In this document: positions 21,369-30,801 of the stretch, in pieces
Numbering within the stretch: the first letter of the stretch is position 1
Layout of the letters: each line of letters begins with the position of its first letter
NCBI GenBank assembly: GCA_964472495.1
Contig: CAYYLD010000001.1
Coordinates: forward strand, 21,294 to 85,293
From: an uncultured Candidatus Saccharibacteria bacterium
GTDB lineage: Bacteria > Patescibacteriota > Minisyncoccia > Portnoybacterales > UBA2143
Direction: 5' to 3'
Length of the DNA stretch: 64,000 bases
Translations under genes and position numbers: made by a program
Notes under the pieces: generated by a model
Databases searched by the model: none
What the model was told of the DNA's origin: nothing
Seen by the model: only the letters and a program-made list of their open reading frames with translations

Positions 21369-21704
21369 ATGTCCCAAAGAATCCAACGAGTCAATAAATT
21401 GATTAAAGAACAAATCAGCCAGTTGATTTTAAAGGAGATTGATTTTGGCGGCACTTTAGTGACCATCACCGAAGTTGAGACGGCCGCTGATTTAAGCCGG
21501 AGTAAAATAAAAATCAGCGTCTTGCCAACCGAAAAAACCGAACAGGTTTTGCGGATTTTAAAGAAAAATATTTTTCAGCTGCAGCAGACGCTTAATAAAA
21601 AACTGACTATGAGGATAGTTCCCAAAATTATTTTTGAAATTGACCAGGCCGAAGTTAAAGCCCAGCGGATTGAGGAAATTTTAGGCCAGATGAAGAAAGA
21701 TTGA
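21369..21704 (+). CDS. rbfA: ribosome-binding factor A
   Basis: Follows infB; RIQRVNKLI, MRIVPKIIFEID. Confidence 0.93.
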   Translation: MSQRIQRVNKLIKEQISQLILKEIDFGGTLVTITEVETAADLSRSKIKISVLPTEKTEQVLRILKKNIFQLQQTLNKKLTMRIVPKIIFEIDQAEVKAQRIEEILGQMKKD

Positions 21705-21736
21705 GTTTTTCAAAAAAGATGGTATAGTTAAAGCAA

Positions 21737-21810
21737 GGCCACGTGGCCGAGTGACTAGGCAACGGTCTGCAAAACCGTTTACACCGGTTTGAATCCGGTC
21801 GTGGCCTCCA
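21737..21810 (+). tRNA. tRNA-Cys(GCA)
   Basis: ACGGT-CT GCA AA-ACCGT; ends TCCA. Confidence 0.95.
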
Positions 21811-21811
21811 A

Positions 21812-21897
21812 GCCGCGGTGGCGGAATTGGTTTACGCGCACGACTTAAAATCGTGTGGACTTTGTCCATGTGGGTTCGAGTCCCACCCGCGGCACCA
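21812..21897 (+). tRNA. tRNA-Leu(TAA)
   Basis: CACGA-CT TAA AA-TCGTG; ends ACCA. Confidence 0.95.
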
Positions 21898-21900
21898 TAT

Positions 21901-21928
21901 AAAAACCCCGTCGTTCGACGGGGTTTTT
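21901..21928. terminator. bidirectional intrinsic terminator
   Basis: AAAAACCCCGTCG-TT-CGACGGGGTTTTT between convergent genes. Confidence 0.8.
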
Positions 21929-22421
21929 ATGTCTCCAGAATCTCTACTTTAGCTATTTTGAGACCAAACTCTTTAGCTTCTTGACGGCTGGCAAACCAGA
22001 TATCCACCTTATGGCTGTTCCGAGCAGCCATTCGGTCCTCAACAATGAAGATTTTATCTCCATACAATTGAGGGAAGCGAATCCTGGTACCAAATCTCAA
22101 GAAATTACAAGCGACCACGCCGTCCCGGACATTACTGCCCGAAGCGGTAATAAAAGGCGTGGCGTCGGTTTGGTCAGGGGTGCTGGAATAAGCAGTTACC
22201 GGCACCCAGTATTGAGTAGCGACCACCGGCGTATCAGGATTAGTTGACTGAATCAAGGCCTGGCCCTGAAGAGTAACCAATCCGTCAAGCGGCGTCAGAG
22301 CTAAATCAACTTCTTGATTCCCAATCAAACTAAAGCCGGTTAAGGCCGATTGAGGGAAAACAAGGTGATAAATCAAGCTAACTAAAGTCAAAGAAGCGGA
22401 AATCTTAGGATTAGTATACAT
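21927..22421 (-). CDS. 3D domain-containing (cell-wall lytic transglycosylase-like) protein
   Basis: VTAYSSTPDQTD, TASG, FGTRI, VEDRM, VDIWF. Confidence 0.88.
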   Translation of the reverse strand: MYTNPKISASLTLVSLIYHLVFPQSALTGFSLIGNQEVDLALTPLDGLVTLQGQALIQSTNPDTPVVATQYWVPVTAYSSTPDQTDATPFITASGSNVRDGVVACNFLRFGTRIRFPQLYGDKIFIVEDRMAARNSHKVDIWFASRQEAKEFGLKIAKVEILET

Positions 22422-22550
22422 ATTGTCCTTTCGGCAATCAAAAAATCCCCTTTCAGGGATTTCCTATATACTATCACATTATAAGTAATTTGTCAATAGT
22501 TTCAGCTGATTCCTAAAATTTCCGCTTTTGGCCATTTTCAGCTGTTTTTG

Positions 22551-22622
22551 AGCGGGTAACGGGAGTCGAACCCGTGTCTTCTCCATGGCAAGGAGATATA
22601 ATAGCCACTATACGATACCCGC
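22551..22622 (-). tRNA. tRNA-Gly(GCC), no encoded CCA
   Basis: Reverse strand TCTCC-TT GCC AT-GGAGA; acceptor GCGGGTA/TACCCGC-T. Confidence 0.93.
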
Positions 22623-22625
22623 TTT

Positions 22626-22700
22626 TGGTGCCGAGGGTGGGAGTCGAACCCACTACTTTCTCTTTTTCAGAGAGACACTCTACCGGTGAGTTACCTCGGC
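22626..22700 (-). tRNA. tRNA-Phe(GAA)
   Basis: Reverse strand TCTCT-CT GAA AA-AGAGA; ends ACCA. Confidence 0.93.
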
Positions 22701-22761
22701 ATGGCCCGCCAAGGGCGGACACAATTCTTGTAGCCAAAATAAATTTTAGACAAAAATTATG

Positions 22762-22835
22762 TGGACCCAGAGGGATTCGAACCCTCGACCTTTAGTATGC
22801 CATACTAACGCGCTAACCAACTGCGCCATGGGCCC
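22762..22835 (-). tRNA. tRNA-Ala(GGC), no encoded CCA
   Basis: Reverse strand TTAGT-AT GGC AT-ACTAA; G3:U70. Confidence 0.93.
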
Positions 22836-22853
22836 CTTTTTTGCCCACTCGGA

Positions 22854-22925
22854 TGCCCTCGGTAGGAATCGAACCCGCATCAAGGGCTTAGGACGCCCCT
22901 GCTCTATCCGTTGAGCTACGAGGGC
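22854..22925 (-). tRNA. tRNA-Arg(CCT), no encoded CCA
   Basis: Reverse strand GGGGC-GT CCT AA-GCCCT; acceptor GCCCTCG/CGAGGGC-A. Confidence 0.92.
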
Positions 22926-23028
22926 TCAGAAATATTTTACAATCTTAATTTTTTTGCTACAATAGAATGATATAATATTGACTAAAGATAGTCAATGAAA
23001 TATACTTAATAAAAAGGAGAAAATAATT

Positions 23029-24099
23029 ATGGCTCAAAAATCTCCGGTGGTTGAAGTAGTTAAAAAAATAAGCCCGGCGGTCGTCAGTATTACCATCAGC
23101 AAGGACCTCCCTAAAATCAGAAAGTACTATATCCAGCCTTTTGACGAATTATTTGGTCCTTATGGCCAACCAGTCCCTCAATACCGGCAAGAAGGACGCC
23201 AAAAGGTTAAGATTGGCGGCGGCAGCGGCTTTTTTGTTTCGCCAGACGGCGTTATTTTAACCAATCGCCATGTTATCGTCTCGCCTAATGTTGATTACAC
23301 TATTACGACCACTGATGAAAAAGAATATCAGGCCGAAATTTTAGCCCGCGACCCGGTTAATGACGTAGCCATTATTAAAGTCAAGAATGCCAAGGGCAGA
23401 AAATTCCCTATCTTAGAATTAGGCGATTCTGCCAAGGCGGAATTAGGTCAAGGCGTCATTGCCATCGGCAATGCCTTGGGCACTTTTCGTAATACGGTTT
23501 CAACCGGGGTTGTTTCCGGTCTCAGTCGTTTTATCACCGCCCACGACGGCCTTTCGGGCCAAGCTGCTTCCTTGCGGGGATTAATTCAAACTGACGCGGC
23601 TATCAATCCAGGTAATTCCGGTGGTCCTTTAGTTGACTTAGACGGTAAAGTTATTGCCATTAATGTAGCCATCGTCATAGGCGCTCAAAATATTGGTTTT
23701 GCTATCCCGGTTAATAACGCCAAGAAAGATTTGGATGACTTGAAAAAACATGGTCGGATTATTCAGCCATTCTTAGGTGTTCGTTATATTTTAATCAACA
23801 AAGCTCTTCAAGAATCTTTCCGCCAAAGATTTAACATCGATATACCGATTGATTACGGCGCTTTAATTATCCGAGAGCCAGGCAGCGGAGAGCCAGCTGT
23901 CGTTCCCAACAGTCCAGCCAATAAAGCTGGTTTAATGGAACGCGATATTATTTTAGAATTCAATAAGGTCAAGATAACTGATAAAAATCCTCTTCAGGAG
24001 TTGATTCATAAGGCCAAGCCGGGTGACACGATTGATATTAAAATTTTGCGGGGGGATAAATTAGGAACGTTAAAATTAAAATTGGAAGAGAGGAAGTGA
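23029..24099 (+). CDS. HtrA/DegP-like trypsin serine protease with PDZ domain
   Basis: GSGFF, LTNRHV, QTDAAINPGNSGGPL, C-terminal PDZ (SPANKAGL). Confidence 0.95.
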   Translation: MAQKSPVVEVVKKISPAVVSITISKDLPKIRKYYIQPFDELFGPYGQPVPQYRQEGRQKVKIGGGSGFFVSPDGVILTNRHVIVSPNVDYTITTTDEKEYQAEILARDPVNDVAIIKVKNAKGRKFPILELGDSAKAELGQGVIAIGNALGTFRNTVSTGVVSGLSRFITAHDGLSGQAASLRGLIQTDAAINPGNSGGPLVDLDGKVIAINVAIVIGAQNIGFAIPVNNAKKDLDDLKKHGRIIQPFLGVRYILINKALQESFRQRFNIDIPIDYGALIIREPGSGEPAVVPNSPANKAGLMERDIILEFNKVKITDKNPLQELIHKAKPGDTIDIKILRGDKLGTLKLKLEERK

Positions 24100-24119
24100 C
24101 TCTGCCTGAGAACAGAAAC

Positions 24120-24148
24120 AAAAGCCCTCTGAAAACCAGAGGGTTTTT
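24120..24148 (+). terminator. intrinsic terminator
   Basis: AAAAGCCCTCTG-AAAAC-CAGAGGGTTTTT. Confidence 0.75.
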
Positions 24149-24224
24149 GCTATCTAAGGGTGTAGTTTTGAGGGATACCCTTGGAGGGGACGCCCTTGGA
24201 GAGCGGTCGTCGGAATGACACCCT

Positions 24225-24848
24225 TTAGAGAGGAATGCCAACAATTAGCTGATAAACCAAAAAAATTAGAGGTAAAATCCACTGGAAAGCAAAAAAGATA
24301 AAGAGAAGCAAGACGAACATGCCATAACGCTCTAAAAAAATTCTCAAATTCCTCCAAGAATGGGGCAAAAAGGCAAAAAGAATTTTAGAGCCGTCTAGAG
24401 GAGGCAGAGGAATAGAATTGAAAATAGCTAAAAGGAGATTAAGAAAAATAATCAAACTAAGAATTTGAATTAAACCGGCTGAAATAAATTGACCGGGTAA
24501 GAAACGCAGAAAAAAGCCAAAAACCAAAGCAATCAAAAGATTGGCCGAAGGACCGGCTGCAGCTACCTTAGCTATTCCCCAACGCTGGTCGCGTAAGTTA
24601 TAGGGATTAAAGGGGACTGGTTTAGCCCAGCCGAAGATAAAGCCGCCGCCGGATAATCTGGAAAGAAAGAACAACGTTAACGGCACAATAAAGGACCCTA
24701 TCGGATCCAGATGTTTAAGCGGATTTAGGGTCAATCGGCCAGAATATTTGGCTGTGGAATCCCCTAAACGATAAGCCATCCATCCATGAGCGAATTCGTG
24801 AACGGTAACCGAGAATAATAGGACAGCTAAAGAGAAAATAATGTCCAT
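24225..24848 (-). CDS. site-2 protease (peptidase M50) family protein
   Basis: HEFAH, GWAKPVP, AAAGPSAN, FNSIPLPPLDG. Confidence 0.95.
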   Translation of the reverse strand: MDIIFSLAVLLFSVTVHEFAHGWMAYRLGDSTAKYSGRLTLNPLKHLDPIGSFIVPLTLFFLSRLSGGGFIFGWAKPVPFNPYNLRDQRWGIAKVAAAGPSANLLIALVFGFFLRFLPGQFISAGLIQILSLIIFLNLLLAIFNSIPLPPLDGSKILFAFLPHSWRNLRIFLERYGMFVLLLFIFFAFQWILPLIFLVYQLIVGIPL

Positions 24849-24893
24849 AAAGCACTTGAAAATTTATTGTTTAGATGATAAAATAAAGCCATT

Positions 24894-25085
24894 ATGTCAA
24901 GACGTTGTGCTATCTGCGGCAAAAAATCAATGGTCGCTACGGTTCGTAAAAAGCTTCGTGGTAAGTATAACCCAACGACCAAAAAAAGAAAATACCCCAA
25001 TCTACAATGGGTTTATTTGCCCAATGGCCGAAGAGTTAAGGCCTGTGCTAAGTGTATTAAGGCTATGGGTAAAAGCAAAAAATAA
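24894..25085 (+). CDS. rpmB: 50S ribosomal protein L28
   Basis: MSRRCAICGK...YPNLQ...CAKCIK. Confidence 0.9.
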   Translation: MSRRCAICGKKSMVATVRKKLRGKYNPTTKKRKYPNLQWVYLPNGRRVKACAKCIKAMGKSKK

Positions 25086-25088
25086 TGA

Positions 25089-25162
25089 CGGGCTGTGGCC
25101 TAGCGGTTTAAGGCACACGCATGGGGTGCGTGGGATCGCGGGTTCGAATCCCGCCAGCCCGA
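25089..25162 (+). tRNA. tRNA-Pro(GGG); CCA displaced by the island
   Basis: Acceptor CGGGCTG/CAGCCCG-A; CACGC-AT GGG GT-GCGTG; GGTTCGAATCC. Confidence 0.93.
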
Positions 25163-25288
25163 CTGGACAAAGCTCGAACCTTTTTCGAGCAACAATTTCT
25201 TACCCCAGAACCCTTCCAATTTTTTCGTCGCCTATTTGCCTTGTTCGTAACCGAGAAGCAAAGGTGGGACGAGCCAAAAATTATTGAA
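25162..25288 (+). repeat. left arm of the 127-bp perfect inverted repeat
   Basis: ACTGGACAAAGCTCGAACC...CAAAAATTATTGAA is the exact reverse complement of 30675-30801. Confidence 0.95.
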
Positions 25289-25571
25289 AGGTTGTGGAAA
25301 ACTTACTTTGCCACGATTGGAATTATTTAGTATTATTATAATTGAACTGATTAAACAATAGATATTTGTTCCTATTTATTTTTTACAGCAAAATAAAGTT
25401 ATGGAGGGTTATGTAAAAAATAAGACGAACTATGCTAATTTTGTCAAAATAAAAGATGGCATAATTAACGCTTGCCGACTTTTTGTTTTGGCAAAAAATC
25501 TTAATAGAAACACTGTTTTTAACAGCGTTTTTTGTTTGTGAAAGGTCAAAATAAAAATTCATTATTGAGTT

Positions 25572-26777
25572 ATGAAAAAAGTTAAAAAAACAAAGGGAGG
25601 AAAAAAACTAAATATTCCCCAGTCAAAAGAAACAGTCAGCGAACGAGAGGCGATTCTCACCTCTGTCGGCGATCCTGTAATGGGATTGGCGGTCGTTGAC
25701 AAAGATGGGAGAATAATACATGTCAATGCAGGCTTTGGAGCGCTGACTGGCTGGAAAAAAGAAGAAGTGATTGGCAAATCTTTGGTTAAAGTTATCCCCA
25801 GAGAAGATGAAAATAGGAATAGAATACCATTCCGAGAAAGAGTCCTCTCCGAGGTATTGTCAGGAAAAGTAATAACTACTATAGCTGTTAATGTTGCGGC
25901 TAATATTGAAAAACTGCCTACTTTTTATTACGTCCGAAAAGACAAAAGCAGATTTCCGGCCAGCAGTGTTATAAGCCCCGTGTTGTTTAAGGGAAAGATA
26001 ACCGGAGCCGCAGAAGTTTTTTACGACATTACTAAAGAAAAAGAATTAGAGCGAATCAGGATAGATTTTTTGTCACTGGCCTCTCATCAATTGCGCACTC
26101 CGCTTTCCGGCACCAAGTGGTTGATTGAAACGATGTATAAAGGACTCGTAGGCGAGATGACAAAAAAACAAAAAGAGTATCTTGATGATATTTATAAAGT
26201 TAATGAGCAGATGATTAAGCTTGTTTCCGATATCTTGAGCACGTTGCGGCTGGAGAGCGAGGCGGCGCTAATAAAAAAAGAGAAAGTTTCAGTATTATCT
26301 CTTTTTAAAGATATTTTAACTGCAGTGACGCCGGCAGCCAAAGAGAGGAGAGTATTATTACAAAGCCCATTAAATCATCGGAGACTTATTATTGAGATAG
26401 ACCCAGAAATATTGAAATCAATTCTTAGATCTTTTCTTTCTAACGCTATTAATTATTCAAGGCCGGGTCAAAAAGTGATTTTGGATGTTAAAAAAGAATC
26501 AGGGGCGGTAGTATTTTTTGTTCGCGATTTCGGGATCGGTATCCCCCAAAAGGAGCAGAAAAGAATGTTTGAACGATTTTATCGCGCTTCTAATGCAAGG
26601 GCTTTTAAACCAACTGGCACAGGTCTCGGTCTTAACATTGCCAGAGTGCTGGCTGAAAAGATTGGCGCAGAAATTTCATTTGAATCCAAAGAGAATAAAG
26701 GTTCTACCTTTTATTTACGCATCCCCAAAAGGTCGAACAGGGGTGCCAAAGCGAAAAGCCGTAAGGCTAAAAAGTAA
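25572..26777 (+). CDS. cytoplasmic PAS-domain sensor histidine kinase
   Basis: PAS (VNAGFGALTGW), H-box SHQLRTPL, N-box SNAINYS, DFGIGIP, GTGLGL; no TM segment. Confidence 0.95.
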   Translation: MKKVKKTKGGKKLNIPQSKETVSEREAILTSVGDPVMGLAVVDKDGRIIHVNAGFGALTGWKKEEVIGKSLVKVIPREDENRNRIPFRERVLSEVLSGKVITTIAVNVAANIEKLPTFYYVRKDKSRFPASSVISPVLFKGKITGAAEVFYDITKEKELERIRIDFLSLASHQLRTPLSGTKWLIETMYKGLVGEMTKKQKEYLDDIYKVNEQMIKLVSDILSTLRLESEAALIKKEKVSVLSLFKDILTAVTPAAKERRVLLQSPLNHRRLIIEIDPEILKSILRSFLSNAINYSRPGQKVILDVKKESGAVVFFVRDFGIGIPQKEQKRMFERFYRASNARAFKPTGTGLGLNIARVLAEKIGAEISFESKENKGSTFYLRIPKRSNRGAKAKSRKAKK

Positions 26778-26795
26778 AAAATCTAATAAACTAAA

Positions 26796-27188
26796 ATGAG
26801 TCATATATTAATTGTTGAAGACGAAGATTTTTTAATTCGGACACTTGAAGATAATTTAGTCACCGAGGGCTATACGGTTGATATTGCCAAAGATGGAGAG
26901 GAGGCGGTTGAGAAAATAGGAAAAAAGAAGCCAGACCTTATTCTGCTTGACATTTTGATGCCCAAAAAGGATGGCTTTTATGTGCTGGGGGAGACAAAAA
27001 AGAATCCTGAATGGAAATTGATTCCAGTGATTGTTTTGTCGAATCTTGGAGAAGATACGTTAATCAAGCGGGCTCTGGGGATGGGCGCTGATGACTATTT
27101 TGTAAAATCACAACACCCGATTCAAGAAATAATTGAAAAAGCGAAAGATTATCTTGAAGGCAGAAAAGCGGCCAAGCCCCGTCTTTAA
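26796..27188 (+). CDS. single-domain response regulator (receiver only)
   Basis: ILIVEDE, PDLILLDILMP, VIVLSN, GADDYFVK. Confidence 0.95.
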   Translation: MSHILIVEDEDFLIRTLEDNLVTEGYTVDIAKDGEEAVEKIGKKKPDLILLDILMPKKDGFYVLGETKKNPEWKLIPVIVLSNLGEDTLIKRALGMGADDYFVKSQHPIQEIIEKAKDYLEGRKAAKPRL

Positions 27189-27199
27189 CAGCCGATAAA

Positions 27200-28876
27200 A
27201 TGAAACTTCAGCATATATGTTTCTCACTATTGATCCTAGCATTGGTTCTGTTTTTGCTTCCGATTGTCGTTGTAGCCGATCCGCCAGGCAGCGCAGTTAA
27301 ATTTGTCATTTTAAAACCAGATGACAGCATAGTTGGCACGCCAGTAACTGTTACTATTGAAGCCCAAAAAAGCAATAATCAGGTTGATACGGATTATCAA
27401 AGCGATGTAACTCTTGTGACCAACGGCTCGGCCACGGGCGCCGGTCTGGTGGACATTGTCAACGGCATAGGCACGATTGAAATCAATGACGAAGTGGCTG
27501 AAACCGTCAATCTTTCGCTTTCTGACACAAAAGAAACCGGACTGGATGTGAGTTCTACCCAAGAGGTTGATTTTGAAGCCGCTGAAGAAGCAGTTTGGAA
27601 TCAAACAGATTTTTGGTTCAGAGATGACGACGGAGACGAGGCTACTGCCAGCGGGTTTGGAGCTGAAAACGTAAGTCAGAATACAAATATTATCAATGTG
27701 CCGCAGGGGACAAACTTGCGTCTGCGTTTTGGCATCAGGGTTACTGGCTTTAGCGGTACCCTTATCCCTTGTCTTGAGTTTAAGCAGGGCGCTGATTGTG
27801 CTACCGGCAATTGGACAGTTATTACTCCAACGAGTGATACTTTTAATCTTTATTTATCAGACAATTTTGATGATGGCGACGCTACCACCAAGCAAATCAC
27901 AAACGGTTCTTTTGTCGCCGGCCAAATTCTGGAGTCAACCAATCCGGCTTCTTCTTTAGACCTGGCTAAGAACAAAAACACGGAATACGAATGGTCAATA
28001 GAAGTTGCCGGGGATGTCCCAGTCAGCACAACTTACAGTTTTAGGGTTAGTAATAATGGGACTGCCTTTGATAACTACGATGTGTGTCCGTCTCTGACGA
28101 CTCAATCGGGGTCAGAACCAGAGCCAGAACCAGAGCCGACTCCATCTGGCGGAAGCAAAGTAAGACCTACCACGGTAACATTTTCCGGAAGAGCTTTTCC
28201 GAACGCCAAAATATTGGTGTTAGATAAAGATGCAAGGTTAAGAAAGGCAATTAGCCAAGATTTTGTAGCTGACGAAGAAGGAAAATTTAGCGTGAGCTTC
28301 ATTGGCATAATGCAAAGTTGGCATAGTTTTGGTCTTTTGATAAAAGACAAAGAAAATCGGACCACTCAGACGAAATTTTTTAATATTGATACTTTGGCCA
28401 ATGACCTGGTGGTAAAAGATATTCTGGTACCACCAACCGTAGGTTTTACTCAAGGGGTAGTTACGCGAGGACGCAACGCCGTCATTGTCGGCTACGCTGC
28501 CCCAGAAAATGACGTTGAAATAGAAATAGGAGATATCAAGAAAGAAATTAAAGCAGAAAAAGATGGTTCATATAAAGCAGAAGTTAATACAGGAATGCTT
28601 GAATTTGACCAGCATAGAGTACGCGTAAAACAAATTGATCCGCAAGAAAAAAGGGAAAGCGATTTTTCAGTAACGAAAACTTTAGTGGTTTCGCGTCTTG
28701 CTTCGCCAAAAACAGATTTGTCCGGCGATGGCCGGGTAGATATTAGAGATTGGAGCATGTTTCTTTCAAGGTGGGAGTCAAAAGACAAAAGTCAGAAAAA
28801 AATAATTGATTTCAACGATGACGGGGAAATAAATATTTCAGATTTTAGTATATTTATTCGTGCTATTAAAAAATAA
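27200..28876 (+). CDS. secreted Ig-like protein with C-terminal dockerin type I (duplicated Ca-binding loop)
   Basis: Signal peptide; EPEPEPEP linker; DLSGDGRVDIRDW...DFNDDGEINISDF. Confidence 0.82.
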   Translation: MKLQHICFSLLILALVLFLLPIVVVADPPGSAVKFVILKPDDSIVGTPVTVTIEAQKSNNQVDTDYQSDVTLVTNGSATGAGLVDIVNGIGTIEINDEVAETVNLSLSDTKETGLDVSSTQEVDFEAAEEAVWNQTDFWFRDDDGDEATASGFGAENVSQNTNIINVPQGTNLRLRFGIRVTGFSGTLIPCLEFKQGADCATGNWTVITPTSDTFNLYLSDNFDDGDATTKQITNGSFVAGQILESTNPASSLDLAKNKNTEYEWSIEVAGDVPVSTTYSFRVSNNGTAFDNYDVCPSLTTQSGSEPEPEPEPTPSGGSKVRPTTVTFSGRAFPNAKILVLDKDARLRKAISQDFVADEEGKFSVSFIGIMQSWHSFGLLIKDKENRTTQTKFFNIDTLANDLVVKDILVPPTVGFTQGVVTRGRNAVIVGYAAPENDVEIEIGDIKKEIKAEKDGSYKAEVNTGMLEFDQHRVRVKQIDPQEKRESDFSVTKTLVVSRLASPKTDLSGDGRVDIRDWSMFLSRWESKDKSQKKIIDFNDDGEINISDFSIFIRAIKK

Positions 28877-28885
28877 AATGAAAAA

Positions 28886-30622
28886 ATGAAATATCAATTT
28901 AAAACAATTATAGCCATATTGGCTGGGGTCATTGCTTGGGGTATTTTTTCTTCGGCGCAGGCCGCTACACTTTCTTTAACACCTATTAGTTCCGAGATTG
29001 GAATCGGAGAAAAAATGACGATTGAGATTAGGATTGATAGCGAAGGGGAAAGCTTTAACGCAGCCCAGGCAGTAATTCGTTTCCCTAAAGATACGCTTGA
29101 GGTGACTGCATTAGACAAAGCAGAATCCGTATTCAGCTTTTGGCTTGAAGAGCCAAATTTTTCAAATACGGACGGAGTTGTATCATTTATCGGCGGCACA
29201 CCGTCCGGAGTTTCCGGGGGCGCTGTCAGAGTTCTGAAGATAGAATTTCTGGCCAAAGGAACTGGTAGCGGGACACTTTCTTTTGTAGAAGCCGCTGTCA
29301 CGGCGGCTGACGGAAGCGGAACCAATATACTATCAGAGATAAATGATGCAGTGATTATGGTAGTCCCTCAAAGAGTTATTCCAAAAGTTCCAGAATCCCA
29401 GCAAAAAATTCCGGAGCCCGAACAAATTGTCCGGAAACCCGCGCCTTCAGAGAAATTGCCTTCAAGCCCCGTTCTTAAAATTTCACTCTATCCTGAAGAA
29501 ACCCGTTGGTATAATCTGGTGGCGCAGTTTACGGTAAGTTGGGATTTACCGCTTGATATTTCTGGCGTGAGCACGGCGCTCAACAAATACCCAAACTCTA
29601 TCCCGCCCGGACGATCCGAAGGACTTTTTGATAATAAAAGCTTCGCGGCGCTCGGAGACGGCATTTGGTACCTTCATGTTCGTTTTCAAAACAATCTTGG
29701 CTGGGGACCGACTGCGCATCACCGTTTGGCCGTTGATACCCAACCCCCACTTGGTTTTGAGCTTACCGTCGTTGAAGGCGAGGCGACTGATAATCCAACC
29801 CCTACGTTTCAATTCAAGACCAGCGACGCTCTCTCTGGTCTTCGAGAGTACCAGGTAAGAATTGGCGACGGAGATCTGATAAAAATTCCCGCAGCGGAGT
29901 TTAATGGGAGCTTTAAGTTACCATTGCAATCGCCGGGTAAGCGGCGGATTACCGTAAAAGCGGTTGATCAGGCCGATAATGGCATTGAAGATGACGTAAT
30001 GCTGGAAACTATTCCTATTGCGTCACCGACCATAAGTTTTGTTACCAGGGAATTATTCTCTGATGAGGAAAGAGGCTTAACTATCAAAGGAACGGCCTTG
30101 CCGGGTGTTAATATGCTGCTGGCTGTTCTTCGGCAAGGCGCGCTTGTTGCTGAAAGCACAATTCGCGCTGATGAAAAAGGCAACTGGGAATTTACTTTTG
30201 ACCAGCCTTTTAGGAATGGACGGTATATTTTAACTGCCCAGAGTCAAGATGAGCGAGGCGCCTTGAGCTTAACAGTGGAATCTCCAGAAGTGCGGGTCAA
30301 AAGCAAGCCGATTATCCAGATTGGGTTTATCCAGCTGGGGAAAGGCGGCGCGGCCCTGCTCTTGCTTTTCATACTGATAGTAGGGTTTGGCACAGGAGCT
30401 TGGTTTTATAAAAAACGGCAGGAGAAATTAGCCCTGCGACTTTTGGTTGTTAAAACCGACATGGCCAAGGTCTTTAAACTTATTCAGGACGATATAGAAA
30501 AATTACAAAAAGCCATTGGAACTCCAATCGAGGCGGACGACGAATTTATGATGAAAAGACTGCAGGAAAATATCAAGAAAATGGAAGGATATCTCAAAAA
30601 AGAAATAGAGAAATTAGAATAG
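28886..30622 (+). CDS. cohesin-domain surface protein with Ig-like domains, C-terminal TM anchor and coiled-coil tail
   Basis: Signal peptide (SSAQA-A); N-terminal cohesin-type beta domain (FNAAQAVIRFP...SVFSFW...ADGSGTNIL); TM near the C-terminus. Confidence 0.8.
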   Translation: MKYQFKTIIAILAGVIAWGIFSSAQAATLSLTPISSEIGIGEKMTIEIRIDSEGESFNAAQAVIRFPKDTLEVTALDKAESVFSFWLEEPNFSNTDGVVSFIGGTPSGVSGGAVRVLKIEFLAKGTGSGTLSFVEAAVTAADGSGTNILSEINDAVIMVVPQRVIPKVPESQQKIPEPEQIVRKPAPSEKLPSSPVLKISLYPEETRWYNLVAQFTVSWDLPLDISGVSTALNKYPNSIPPGRSEGLFDNKSFAALGDGIWYLHVRFQNNLGWGPTAHHRLAVDTQPPLGFELTVVEGEATDNPTPTFQFKTSDALSGLREYQVRIGDGDLIKIPAAEFNGSFKLPLQSPGKRRITVKAVDQADNGIEDDVMLETIPIASPTISFVTRELFSDEERGLTIKGTALPGVNMLLAVLRQGALVAESTIRADEKGNWEFTFDQPFRNGRYILTAQSQDERGALSLTVESPEVRVKSKPIIQIGFIQLGKGGAALLLLFILIVGFGTGAWFYKKRQEKLALRLLVVKTDMAKVFKLIQDDIEKLQKAIGTPIEADDEFMMKRLQENIKKMEGYLKKEIEKLE

Positions 30623-30674
30623 TTGATAATTTGTTTACATTTTTGACCGAATTCATCGCTCTCTTTATTTTCTC

Positions 30675-30801
30675 TTCAATAATTTTTGGCTCGTCCCACC
30701 TTTGCTTCTCGGTTACGAACAAGGCAAATAGGCGACGAAAAAATTGGAAGGGTTCTGGGGTAAGAAATTGTTGCTCGAAAAAGGTTCGAGCTTTGTCCAG
30801 T
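30675..30801 (-). repeat. right arm of the 127-bp perfect inverted repeat
   Basis: Exact reverse complement of 25162-25288. Confidence 0.95.

Noticed and set aside
22513-22795. ORFs 22513-22737 and 22574-22795 (also 15715-15909, 16969-17157, 21681-21869)
   Set aside because: Shadow translations of tRNA genes.
24841-25330. ORFs 24841-25287 and 25121-25330 as genes
   Set aside because: They overlap rpmB and tRNA-Pro; only the repeat-internal frame is discussed, as a possible remnant.
25290-25571. Possible riboswitch (for example c-di-GMP) in the island leader
   Set aside because: AT-rich with only weak hairpins; no recognisable aptamer motif.
28115-28140. EPEPEPEP repeat as a contingency locus
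   Set aside because: Codons vary (GAACCA, GAGCCA, GAGCCG) and it is in frame; an ordinary linker.
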